A stretch of 63,160 nucleotides of DNA, filler included, from Welwitschia mirabilis (GCA_051453625.1; 5 parts of one record of this genome joined end to end with filler, not necessarily neighbours in it); one strand, 5' to 3'; counted from the first letter of the whole stretch, positions 41,801 through 53,036 are shown. Notes: generated by a model not told the origin, from the sequence alone. Made by a program: numbers and translations.

Positions 41801-44215
41801 TACAAAAATATTAACATCATAACTTGAATGAAACCATTTTTTTCCTATTTCTTAATCAAATAGTAAAGAGATTAGTAGGTTATAATTGTTACTATTTCTC
41901 AAATAGATATTCAAGCTAAAGCCAAATAAGAATTATCCTTGAAGACTAAGAAACAATAACCTTTACATGCTTCACTGAATCCTTTACCTATAAAAGAATG
42001 TTCTTTATCATCTATAATTCTATAGCTACCTTTCAATGGTTCAAGATAAACATATTTTTTTTATTATCATTTAAGAATTCACTGAAGTTATTATGGTTGA
42101 ATTTTTTCATTTTTGTGCAACCTTTGATTATTTTTACTTGTTGTAAAAAGTAAAATATTATTCCTAATTGAAGAACGTTTAATTTATTACGTAAAAAAGG
42201 CATAATTCTAGGACATGTAATTTTTAAGATGAGATAGAATGCGTCCTACTAAAATTTAACTTATCACTTATGTTTCCTTTTTTAGAAGTACTAAGCACAT
42301 TATATCTTTTATTAGACATGTTGATTCTTATAAAATACTTATTCAAGACTTATCAAAAATGTTAAAACTCTTAAAGACTTCTAAAAGATCTCTAAACTCT
42401 TAAGTAACCTTCTAATAAAAAATGTTATTATGATTAGACTTTAAATGCAATAATGCTTTTAAAACATTAGAACATCTTCCATCTTCATCTGCTATCTTGC
42501 AACTTCCTAATTGGTATTTTCCTTTTGAATTATTATGTGATGCAAGTAATTATGTTGTAGGAGTAGTTCTTGAATAATGAAGATATAGAAGACCATATTC
42601 TATTTACAATTTAAGTAATATAAAGTCCTCACTTAAATTAGATGATAGATAAAAAATACCTATTAGCAGGAGTTTTTACCTTAACAAAATTGATATCATA
42701 CATTATAAGTGTAAATATCACAGTGTTTACTAATCATTCTACTCCTAGATACTTATTAGACAAGAAAGAATACAAAACTAAAATAATGAGATGAACATTA
42801 CTTTTATAAGAATTTGATATTGAAATAAAAGATAAAAAATAAGTAGTAAATGAAGTAACTACTTACTTATCTCACATTAGATCTTACTATCTATTTTTTT
42901 AGATTCAATATCCATAAATGACTCATTTCCTAATAAGTATTTTCTAGTTTTACAAGATAAAGTTTGGTACATTGATATAGCTAATTATCTTAATACTCAT
43001 CAAATTACTTGATCATTGGGATAAGCAAGATAAAAATCAGTTTTGACATGAAGTAAATAAGTTCTTTTCTAATTATCCTTATCTTTTCAAAGACTTCTCT
43101 AATCAAATCATTTGTAGATGTATTTTTCAGTTTGAAACTTTGAATATCATAAAATTCACACATGATGAATTACATGGAGGTCACTTTTCTACTAAAAATT
43201 ATTCTCATAAATCCTTTAATAAAGACTTTATTAGCCAACTCTTTTCAAAAATGCATATGGATATTATAAATCTTGTAGTGAAATGCACTACTTAAGTAAC
43301 ATTAAAAATATAGATATGATGATTTTTTCTTATATCCTTAAAATTAAACTATTTGATGTTTGGAGTTTAGATTTTATTAGGAAATTTTCTTTACCTTCCA
43401 GATGCTTGTATAGATAGATTTATATAGACTACATTATTGAATGATATTAAGCTATATCAAATAAAGCAGATAATGCTATATTTTTTATGTGATTCTTCAA
43501 AGAATATACCTTATCTTTCTTTGACGAATCTAAATCTATTCTAATAATAGATGAACTTATTTTTTTAATATAATACTAAGTAATCTTATGAAAAAATGTG
43601 GAATAGTTCATAAAGTTGTAATCTCTTTCACCCATAATATGATGGTTAAATAGAAGTCACTAGACAAAAATTAAAAAGAATTTTATAAAAAACATTAAAC
43701 TCTAATTAAAAAGATTGCTTAATCCACCTCAGTGATTCCCTCTAAGTCTACCAAACTACCTATAATACCTTTATTATAATGTTACCCTATCAATTTATTT
43801 TTTAAAAATATTATTATCTTTCCTTAGAAATTTAACATAAAGCATGCTAATCCATAAATAGCTTAATTAAAATTTGAATAAATATTTAGAATTTATAAAG
43901 TTTAACCTAAATGGACTATAATATATTACACATGAATCCTATAAAAAATAAAAAATAAAAAATCCAAAGGGAAGAATGAAGCCTATCATGATAAGAACAA
44001 CCTTAAGAGGATCTAAGACTTCATAAATATTCTAAAAAACTTGCATTTAAGTGGATTAGTCCTTTTCAATTTTTAGAAGTATTTTCTCATGGGACTATCA
44101 AGATGTTAGATATATCCCCTTGGTCCACATATCAAATGTAGAAGGTATTTAGACATTAGAAAAAATAAATATTAGTTATTAAACTAGGAGTTTAACTCAT
44201 TAGTTTTTGGGAGAA
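38860..44215 (+). mobile_element. Near-complete but extremely decayed Athila-type gag-pol (gag-PR-RT-RH-INT)
   Basis: gag INLVPNFHG (~38928-38955); RT FRMYMNYKNIN (~41783), ILGHVI (~42204); RNase H FELLCDASNYVVGVVL (~42525); integrase HDELHGGHFS (~43161), LFDVWSLDF (~43350), KWISPF (~44050). Confidence 0.85.
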
Positions 44216-44259
44216 GAATAAGGCTATATTCTAAATTAATGAGATTATGATATGATAAT

Positions 44260-44348
44260 TGTTGCGATGCTAACTTAAGTGTATTTGATAGGGTATTTTG
44301 AGTTGTTTTACAGATAAACTAACAAATAAATGCTCAGTTTCTATGACA
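44260..44348 (+). repeat. Start of another LTR related to 34515-35620, cut by a gap
   Basis: tgttgcgatgctaacttaagtgtatttgatagggtattttgagttgttttacaga aligns by eye with tgttgtgctaataacttgcatatatttgatagggaattttgagtagttttatagga. Confidence 0.65.
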
Positions 44349-45430
44349 NNNNNNNNNNNNNNNNNNNNNNNNNNNNNNNNNNNNNNNNNNNNTTAATTAA
44401 TTAANNNNNNNNNNNNNNNNNNNNNNNNNNNNNNNNNNNNNNNNNNNNAAAAATCAGATCAAAACTGATTCTCAAACTTCATTATCAGGGCATACAAAAT
44501 GGAATGAGGATAAGCACAAAAGGAGGAGAAAAATATGGCATTCAAATCAGATGAAAACTGATTGTTACAAGGGCAATCTGTTAACTAAAATTGTGACCAC
44601 AATGGCATGCTACGAAATTAAAATGAAGCTCTCACTAGCAACATTTCATGTGAAGGCTTACCCTGTTACCATCCTGTATCTAGAGGATACAAATTTATAT
44701 TGTGTCACCAGCAGAGTAATTTTGGCATTTCTGAACGCTTTAGGAAGGTGCATTAGCTGTTAAATGTTTAACTGGATAGTCAACCAGCTATCTCCAGTTA
44801 ATAATTTAGAATCAAATGCTGTACTGGTGTCAATGAATCAAGTGTCACTAGGACAGTCAAATTTGTGTTATGTAGCAATGATCTGTCTTTCATCACAAGC
44901 AGAGAACATCCTTAAATGACAACCAGTGCTAGGAGGAATGTAAAAAGACACTTGTTTGTAAGGGTGAACTCTGTTTAGTTGTGATAAGCATAAGCAAAGT
45001 GCTTTGAATGTGTTGATATCTCCTGTATACTTGTATATATATTAGTTTGCAAAGAATGCATGATACTATTTCCATCTTTGGCTGGCTTCAAGTTCCCTTG
45101 AGAAGCCTCTTTTAGGATGCTATTTGTCATTTTAGGTAGTGCAATTTGATGACAAGTAAAATATTAATTTCGTTAATTAGTTACTGATTGAATCAACTAA
45201 AGCAACCACTTTTAAAACACTGAGAAATCAGAATTTGATAGATCCTTGATTTTTCAGTTCGTAAGCAATTGCTATCAGCATCTAATGTATTGTTTTGAAG
45301 ATAAAAACGAGGAGTATTGAGAGAAGGAAAATGATATGCATAAAAGAAAGTAGGAAAATAAATACCATACTAACTAGTTCAAACCTCTACAAACTTTGTG
45401 TAGAAGAGTAGGAAAAAATCCATTCTCTAC

Positions 45431-46520
45431 CATTTGATGAAGTCAAGAAGGGTTTTCCATGCCTCTGCTGTGACGAAATAGCCGAGGCTTGCATGATAGG
45501 TGCAGGGTCTTGATATTTGTCGACACTTGTTTGTTCTTGCTGTGATGTGGTGGATTAGATTATTGTACTTTTTTTAATGGGAGGACACTCTTTTTTAACC
45601 TGTCATTTCAAGCTACAAGATCCTGGCAGTACGAACTTGTTAACATTAGGGTAGGACATAATATCTCTTCCTGGAATATGTGCTAGATGATACCCAAACC
45701 TGTTAGTTCCCCCGTATTCCCCTGCCCCTTTTTTTGGTACAATTACAGAAAGAATGGGAGCAGTGGGGTATAGGGGGGCATTTACATGTTGAACTGGTGA
45801 CAACACATTTAAAAAGTAAATAGAAAAGATCAATACAATTGTTACCAATGCAACCAGTAACTACATTCGTCCCCTTGTACTCCATCATCTCCCTTCGAAG
45901 TCAATTTGTTTTATTTGGCCTGTTTCCATGATGGATCCCTCTTTTGTTGAATCCAACTATTTCACACGGTAAGTTCCTGAGGGATGCATACACTAGCAGC
46001 TTCCTTGGTTGGAGCATTAAATTGTTTGTACTTCTATTTCCTGATCCAAATGATCAAGCTCTGCCTCATTTGTCCTCCTGTTTTACTTTGTTCTGTCACT
46101 CTGGGCACACAAATGCTTTCTTCTTGGTGCTGTGAAAAATAATGATTAGGTTCAACATTCCCATGTTTGTCAATTTACAATCTTTATTTCCGTAAGTTAA
46201 CAAACAAGCTATGAATTCTGAAACTCTCATTGAAATCAGAACATGGGAAATCAGAAAATACAATGAACTACAAACAATTTCAAAATTAATATAGAAAACA
46301 ATGACATAATTGTTGAAAGACCATGAAAATACATTCTACAATATTCAGGTATAGTAACTATCATACATTCATACCTAGATTAGAAAAAAGGAGAGAGAAA
46401 GCAGGGAAAATCCTAACCTCTGCTGTTCTGATTGCGTTCTTGCTGCCTTCACAAATCCAAACTCCAAATTGAACTCCAAATGACTTAAAGACAGTTATGG
46501 AGTTCCGGAAAATTTGATTT
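45431..46520 (-). pseudogene. Candidate minus-strand spliced unit with disrupted coding-like exons (~46520-46418, 46129-45846, 45599-45431)
   Basis: Donor GAG|GTTAGG (46417) followed by a pyrimidine-rich intron start; acceptor ctaatcattatttttcacag (46130); donor TTG|GTAAC (45845); acceptor gacag (45600); donor ATG|GTAGAG (45430). The last block reads VKKECPPIKKSTII*STTSQQEQTSVDKYQDPAPIMQASAISSQQRHGKPFLTSSN with a single stop. Confidence 0.38.
45701..45786 (+). repeat. GC-rich imperfect inverted repeat (hairpin)
   Basis: gttcccccgtattcccctgcccctttttt pairs with agaaagaatgggagcagtggggtataggggggc, with bulges and G:U pairs. Confidence 0.7.
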
Positions 46521-46952
46521 TTATAGGTAAATGTTTGACGAGGGCCTTGTATATTTGTCAAAAACAGAAGAAAATTTCAAAAAAAAAAATGGTTGTGATT
46601 CACTGCTGAGCACAGGGTGTCAATTGAATTTGATTCGCTTTGATTTGTGAGTCACTTGCCTGACTCAGTGAGTTGGGGGGAAGAAAAAAAAGGGAAAAAA
46701 AAAGAAGGAATATCTTTTTTTTTTTTTTAAAAAAAGCGANNNNNNNNNNNNNNNNNNNNNNNNNNNNNNNNNNNNNNNNNNNNNNNNNNNNNNNNNNNNN
46801 NNNNNNNNNNNNNNNNNNNNNNNNNNNGAAGAGATACTTATTGACAATGATGTACTTATGATGGTGATCGCCTTGAAGGAGGATCTTACAGTACTAGATT
46901 CATGAATACCTGTTGATGACTAACTAATCTCAAAACTTGCTCTATTTCTCAG

Positions 46953-47022
46953 CTGGAATGCTCTCTCTGTCTTTGTTTATCCTCAGTCCTCATGAAAGGT
47001 CATTCTGTGGATAGTATTCTAC
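46953..47022 (+). CDS. Candidate upstream exon of the MEB-like gene
   Basis: Branch-like ctaat (46924), acceptor tctatttctcag, donor C|GTAAGG at 47023; open frame LECSLCLCLSSVLMKGHSVDSIL ends in phase 1, compatible with the exon at 49338; in-frame ATG at 46992. Confidence 0.4.
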
Positions 47023-47908
47023 GTAAGGTGAAGCTTGCTTTGTGATAACATGATTAACATATCATCACTTCTTCGAAAGAAGTGCTATTATTTTTTCCTA
47101 CATTCTTTTGATCTTGTACGCTCAAAATATGGGCAGCCTTGTCTTTTATGCTTGTGATGCTGAGTTGAATGCTTTCTAGCGATCTGGGATGACTTATCTT
47201 GTTGACATGGAAATAAATATGTTTGCATGCAACCTCAAAGTACCTATGCACTGAAATTTTGTCTGTGAACTTGTAACACTCCCAATAAAAGGATTAATTA
47301 GTGAAAGGAAATAATCCCTCATGGAAGCACATATACATGGGAGGGAAGACATCTTAGGATCATCGTTCGGGGATTCACTCATTCATTGCTGCTTACCCAT
47401 CCTCTACATAAAGACTATCTTCATAGCATTAAGATAGCATTCCTTCCATCTACCATTCATTCCTTTTATTCTTCATACCATGTCACTAGACTAAATGGGC
47501 CCATGATTACATCAGCTAAACACATCACAATGACATGGGAGACGAATGATCATCCTAAGATACTAGTATGGTGATTTTGTATCCTCACTTGGGTATGGGC
47601 TTGGCTAGGGCCACAAACTCACAAATAGGTCTGATTATTAGGGGATAGTACCCATTTTGGTTGTATAGTTCATGAATGGATTGTCATTTACAGCCTTTAG
47701 ACCTAGGTCCTCAAGATTGATTAACAAGCAAGATTCTTGCAATATTACACCATAGACTGATCTATAGATTTGGATCAAAACCGTAGAAGCAGGTGAATAG
47801 TGTTTATCACTCGAGCATTGCATCTCAAAACATAAATTGATTTCAATCTCAAATGCCCAATGTCTATTCAAGTCTTGTATGTATTAAACTAAATAAAGGA
47901 TGAAAAGC

Positions 47909-47952
47909 ACTTGCAGGAAAAATAGAAATACTTGCAGGAAAAATAGAAATAC
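47909..47952. repeat. 21-bp tandem duplication
   Basis: acttgcaggaaaaatagaaat x2, perfect. Confidence 0.9.
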
Positions 47953-48230
47953 CACTAACTTTTATAGTGATTTGGAGTAATGTTTCAAACACAATCCTAC
48001 TCCACTCACAGAATTTTCACTAAAGTATAGATGTGACACTGGATCTCTGTTAATTCCACAATCAATAACTAAGGTTTGCATTGTTTCACCATAAACTGTA
48101 CAATAGACCTTTTAAGGGCGAGCTTTAATCTTCTTATCAAAATTAATAGAGAATGATAAGCATGCATCTAGCACTGATTTCATTCATTTCATAGCAGGGA
48201 GATGAAGCCCTCTTCGAGTTTGGAGCTACG

Positions 48231-48237
48231 TGAGTGA

Positions 48238-48269
<32 letters not shown>

Positions 48270-48436
48270 GTGTGTGTGTGTCAGAGAGAGAGAGAGAGAG
48301 AGGACAGGGAATAAATATGCACACAACTTGTAAATATGCACACAACCTGTAAATATGCACACAATGCACACAACCTGTAAAGACAACCTGTAAATATTTG
48401 TTTGAATAAATATGCACACAACCTGTAAAGACAAAC
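48231..48436. repeat. Compound (GAGT)n/(GT)n/(GA)n microsatellite followed by a ~19-bp minisatellite
   Basis: SSR at 48231-48302; aaatatgcacacaacctgt and partial units at 48311-48436. Confidence 0.92.
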
Positions 48437-49337
48437 ATTATAGAACTACAGTAGGATTAGGAAAGGAATTGTGATTGAACATAGCAACTATTGGCACACT
48501 TTAGTTCCCCAACATCTAGAATTTTTCCCTATTCTCTCTTGTCAGTTTAACTGCTTCTCCTACAAACCTTAAGTGTTTACGGGTTCTTTCTGAATTCAAG
48601 CAAGATGCTTATTATTATGAATCAACTGGTATTAAAGCAGCTAAATATGTGTTGTGAGGCAATGAAATGCTGTTTGTGATAAGGACGAAACAAACATGAC
48701 AAGNNNNNNNNNNNCAACCATATCCTCAATTGAAAACTGCTTTGATCATTATAAAAGATATTGAGGGAAGCTAGAAATGGGTCAATATTGTAAGATATCT
48801 GATGCAAAAGATCATTTGGTTGTGATACTTACATATGTTGATTATTTTGGGACATATTATTCTAGGTGTCCGGTTTTGCTAAGTATTTATTATACCTTTG
48901 CTCTTGTTTTTATTCAAGAATCAAGAGATGGTGTAGATGAATTTAATTAATTGATTGCCCCAACAATTCTATAATCAATTCATTATTTAGATTGAGTTCA
49001 CAATGATTCCCCACAGCCTTTTCATTTGTTCTCATCCTCTTCTTTTGACTGCACCACCATTGTCATTGCTATTTGTCTTTGTGATATTTATGTAAGGAGA
49101 TGAAATTTTGTGCATCATGACTCAGCTGAGTTTTTGTGCACCATGAATCAGCCCTTCTGTTTCTGGCTTTTTATCTGTGGGTGTTTTTTTACGAGGTATA
49201 CATAGTGCTAGATGGGCTCAAGCAAACAGGAAGCAGTATTGTCATTTGAGAAACTTACCAATAAGTTTTCATTGAGCAAAAATAAGACCACTGTTTCTTT
49301 ATCACACATTATGTAATGTTCTACTTGATGCTGGCAG

Positions 49338-49607
49338 ATGGCAATGACAAAATTGAAATTATGCATTCTGGGAACCTTGTGACATCAGCAGAGAGTGTCA
49401 TAAAAGATGGAAATGTAAATGACGACCATTCATCTCATATTGTTGACATGTTTCCTGATAATTCAACAAGACAGCCTCTACAAATGAATCCTCTGGATAT
49501 GACTACACAATGGGAGATCCTCAAGAGCATTGTATATGGTGGCCTGCCTGTATCAATTAGCAGCCTTGCTGTTGTTTCTTCTGCAGCTGGTGGAGAGGCA
49601 AAAACAC
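49338..49607 (+). CDS. MEBL: MEB-like (VIT1/CCC1 family) membrane protein, internal exon
   Basis: Acceptor ggcag|, donor C|GTAAGT (49608), phase 1 at both ends; encodes WEILKSIVYGGLPVSISSLAVVSSAAGG, the hallmark start of the MEB VIT1 domain. Confidence 0.92.
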
Positions 49608-50496
49608 GTAAGTGTATGGATAGGGTAAAAATCTTTTGTGGACCTCTTAATTTCTATCAACTTCATTAGTTATTAGATGAGATGTATATAATCTCTGGTG
49701 GGCATGTACTCTGTTGTACTGTATTCCATTTAAGGGGCATATTGCTTCTTTATTTCAGTATGCCTCTTTTGGGCTACTATTAATACAGTGATCTGTGTTA
49801 ACAGTTGTGCAAATGCAATGGTTCTTTTATGCTAGAATAACTCAAGTGCCTTTTCATTTTGAAATTTGGATGAATAATTTATCCAGGGCTTGTATAATAA
49901 CATGCACACATTCATACTTGTTTTATAACCTCCTGAAAGACTGCCGCAAAGCAGAGTTAATTTCATTGCAAAAGTAACAATTCAGTGCATATGACATTAC
50001 CATGGATTTAAATGGATTAATTCCTGTACACATAACTTAGTGTTAAGCGAAGTTGGGCTTTTTTTTGAAAGCTAAAATTTTAGGCAAGAGCAAGGGTGTT
50101 TAACAGAAGGATTTGTAAGCATACATTGTGTAACCTTTTGTTCCTGCAGATTCACCAACAGCTTAGACTTTCTAAATGAAACCAGTACATTTACTGATGA
50201 AGACGTTTGTTTTCTATTTTGATAATGGAACATAGATCTTCCTGCATAATTCGGAATTTAAAATTTGAACTATCACTTCAATGTTACAAGATTTAGAAGA
50301 ATTAGAAGCTTAACACGGGAATATTTCAAAAGCTATGTTTTCAACATGAATAACTGTTTTTCCTTTGTCTTACAAGCTTGAGAATTTGTAACAAGTGTGT
50401 AAGCTACAAGTGATGAAATTTTATCTTTTGTCTATTAATTTTTCTCAAAGATTTTCAGTGATCAAAACACACTTACTTTATTGCTTTTTTGTGCAG

Positions 50497-50558
50497 GGAT
50501 GGTAGTTGCCATAAGTCTCTCAAATTTGATAGCCGGGCTGATGATGGTAGTGACTAAT
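50497..50558 (+). CDS. MEBL: MEB-like protein, 62-bp exon (not in the ORF track)
   Basis: Acceptor ttttttgtgcag|, donor AAT|GTAAGT; (R)MVVAISLSNLIAGLMMVVTN matches the MEB 'LALGLANLIGGL' helix; links phase 1 to phase 0 exactly. Confidence 0.9.
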
Positions 50559-50959
50559 GTAAGTGCTTGCTAAAGCTTTTTCTTTAAATCATGGCCATAC
50601 AGGAAATGTCTCATGCATGGTGTTGCTTTTAGACTTTAGCAACCCAAAAGAATTTCAATCCCGCGTTTAGAGTCCCTCTCTTGCAGAGATTAACAATATT
50701 AACCACCAGTCAACTCAAACCTAAACATTTATTAGGTTACCAACTTCTCTAGAACATATGCAAATATGTAAAACAAATAGCATTTTTAGAGCTAGAAATA
50801 AACTTGCATATTTATTAGTCACTGACTTTTTAAGCAACAACTCTGCTTAGTTCATGATTTACAAAGCAAACATAAGGGAACTTTCCAGAAAATATAAATG
50901 CCTGGATGTCTATAAGGCAGAAAAACCACCACCATGCCTGCCTGGATTATAACCAAAAT

Positions 50960-51130
50960 CTTGTGGTTCTTCTTAGGAATAAGAAAACAAATGTGGTCTC
51001 AATCTTTGAATTTTCTTAAAGAAAGATATCCAATAAGCAATGTGGAGGGAGGTTTTACGTAACGATAATCTGGTTGATGGGATGCGTTCCCTGAGCATGT
51101 CAGGCAGAAGGGAGCTGCATCTATCACTAT
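50960..51130 (+). mobile_element. Possible decayed Au-like SINE in an intron
   Basis: atgtggtctc...gcaatgtggagggaggttttacgtaacgata...gttccctgagc...gcagaagggagctgcat resembles my recollection of the plant Au SINE body; unverified. Confidence 0.3.
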
Positions 51131-51523
51131 CATGACTCATGGGTTTCTGCAAAATTACTTGTGCTACATGTCTGCCACTTTTATAGGTACAACAGGTTCT
51201 CTACCACACAGTGAAGGTTTGTGCAGTAATGCCTTTAGCTTAAGATCTGCCATGTTTACAGGTACAATTTTTGTGTTGACAACAGTCAAATGTCATTGTC
51301 ACAATTGTAAGTTTGCAAAATCTCAATTTGTTGTCATTTTCTACCATATTCGGGCTCACCAGGGATTGTATGTTATGCTACTCAGAGTCAGGTTGTAGGA
51401 TTGGATTTCGAAGGCTTCTTAGACATATAAAGTTAGAAATAAAGAATAATTGTTTTTATTGAAAGACTTTGTCAAGAATTGAACTCACAACCACTGTGTC
51501 ACAAGAGCACTGCTCTACTGTTA

Positions 51524-51828
51524 GGGTGGCTCTTAAAAATCCAAAAAATAAAGTTCATTAATTGAATAACTTCTGAAAAATACTTTTTCTATTAATAAAT
51601 CTAAAATAAAGAATATTACGTTTCTTTTAATAAGACATATGATGTTTGTTGCCCTAATTACATTGAAAAGCAAAGATAGAAACATCTCTTAATTATATAT
51701 AAATAGATGTGGATTCTAGCCCTTGAGAAGTAAAAAAATTAATGCCCCTTCACAGTTGATGGTTTAAAAACATATTTTTTATTAACTTTTAATGCTGTTT
51801 ATTGTATCATGTAAAGTGAGAGCCACCC
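51524..51828. mobile_element. MITE-like insertion in the last intron
   Basis: Perfect 10-bp terminal inverted repeat gggtggctct / agagccaccc around an AT-rich core; no clear target-site duplication. Confidence 0.45.
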
Positions 51829-51987
51829 ACATACTGTGTCATGCCTGCAGGACGTGGGATGCAAAAATAGAAGTGTGACATCTCCTACTGTTAAAAAAAC
51901 AAAAACGTTTTGTAGACATCTAATATTTGCAGTTTTCCAGATACAAACTATTGAATGCAGTTGCTAATTCCATTTTTTCATGGACAG

Positions 51988-52338
51988 ATTCTGCACTTGA
52001 ATGAAAATGAGTTCACAGAATCAGTTGGCCATAGCTTCTGGTTTAATGGGTCCATGGCTCTGCTTTCATACCTTGTAGTTGGATCCTTGGCACCAATAAC
52101 ATATGGTCTTTCATTTCGGAAGAGCAACGACATTCTTCACAAGTTTTTGTTAACAAGCGGAGTATCTCTCATCACCATGATACTGCTTGCTCTTGGCAAG
52201 GCTCGCGTGGCCAAAAGATCTTACATTCGCACTGTTACTCTCTACGTTATTACCGGGTTCTGGGCCTCCGTTGCCGGCTTTTTCGCCGGCGAATATATCA
52301 AAAAACTTTTAGAAAAGTGGGGTGTGAGGCTAGACTAG
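51988..52338 (+). CDS. MEBL: MEB-like protein, terminal exon
   Basis: Acceptor ctaattccattttttcatggacag|; ALLSYLVVGSLAPITYGLSFRKSND...VSLITMILLALGKARV...YIRTV...LLEKWG matches the MEB C-terminus; TAG stop; AATAAA at 52489 and 52540. Confidence 0.93.
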   Translation: MLHLNENEFTESVGHSFWFNGSMALLSYLVVGSLAPITYGLSFRKSNDILHKFLLTSGVSLITMILLALGKARVAKRSYIRTVTLYVITGFWASVAGFFAGEYIKKLLEKWGVRLD

Positions 52339-52814
52339 GTTTTGATTATTGGTTACTGATCGTCTCTTCTTCGAATTTTGTAAAGAAAACATGTCTAGGA
52401 CAGCTGCAACATGCGGTCTGGATTATCTCTCTGGGCTCTTTTTCCTGAGGGGAACGAGAGGCCACACTGATGTTGGGAAAATGGTGAGAATAAAGGGATA
52501 GCATAAACTATTTTTCAACCTTTCTTTTATCGTTCAGTTAATAAAGCAGGACATTTGCTTTTGTAGGTGGCTATGGTTTCTTAGTTCTATTTATTGATTA
52601 TTGGGCGCAGCCCTATGAACACATCTTTAATTTAAAAGAAAATGAAAATTACCATAATAAAATCCACCAATGTCAGTATCTGTTTAGCGGCTGGTTTCTG
52701 TTGCCATAAGTATTCGTCCATTTACTAGTGACTGGTAACTGTAGTTGAGCTTACAATTTCAAAATCAAAGATCCTTTGATAAAGGTAAAATCGGACCCTC
52801 CATCTATGGTGAGG

Positions 52815-53036
52815 TGTTTGGAAATCTTTGCTTTATTTAAAGACCCTGGTTCTATTTAATATCAGAGAAATCCGAATTTCAAAAGCCCCGGTGAAACAGG
52901 AAACCATCCTTGATAGTGATCTGTTTGAAAACCTTAGCTTTATTTGAAAACCTTGGCCCAATGGAATCTTAATTTCAAAAACCCGGGTTATTTTAGAATA
53001 TTTTGAGAAAATAACTCCCAAGGAAGGGAGCTATTA
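52815..53036. repeat. Cluster of TT(T/C)(A/G)AAAACCCTGG-like repeats plus a short hairpin (DNA transposon end-like)
   Basis: ctttatttaaagaccctgg / ctttatttgaaaaccttgg; aatttcaaaagccccgg / aatttcaaaaacccggg; aataactccc..gggagctatt. Confidence 0.5.

Noticed and set aside
45435..45515. TGATGA box C-like motif suggesting a C/D snoRNA
   Set aside because: No properly placed CTGA box D, terminal stem or recognisable rRNA guide.
48189..48438. ORFs with THTHTH and LQVVCI repeats
   Set aside because: Translations of the microsatellite and minisatellite.
49316..49337. ORF-track start codons at 49316 and 51955 and the read-through to 49669
   Set aside because: They lie in intron sequence outside canonical splice sites; the spliced model keeps frame and family similarity.
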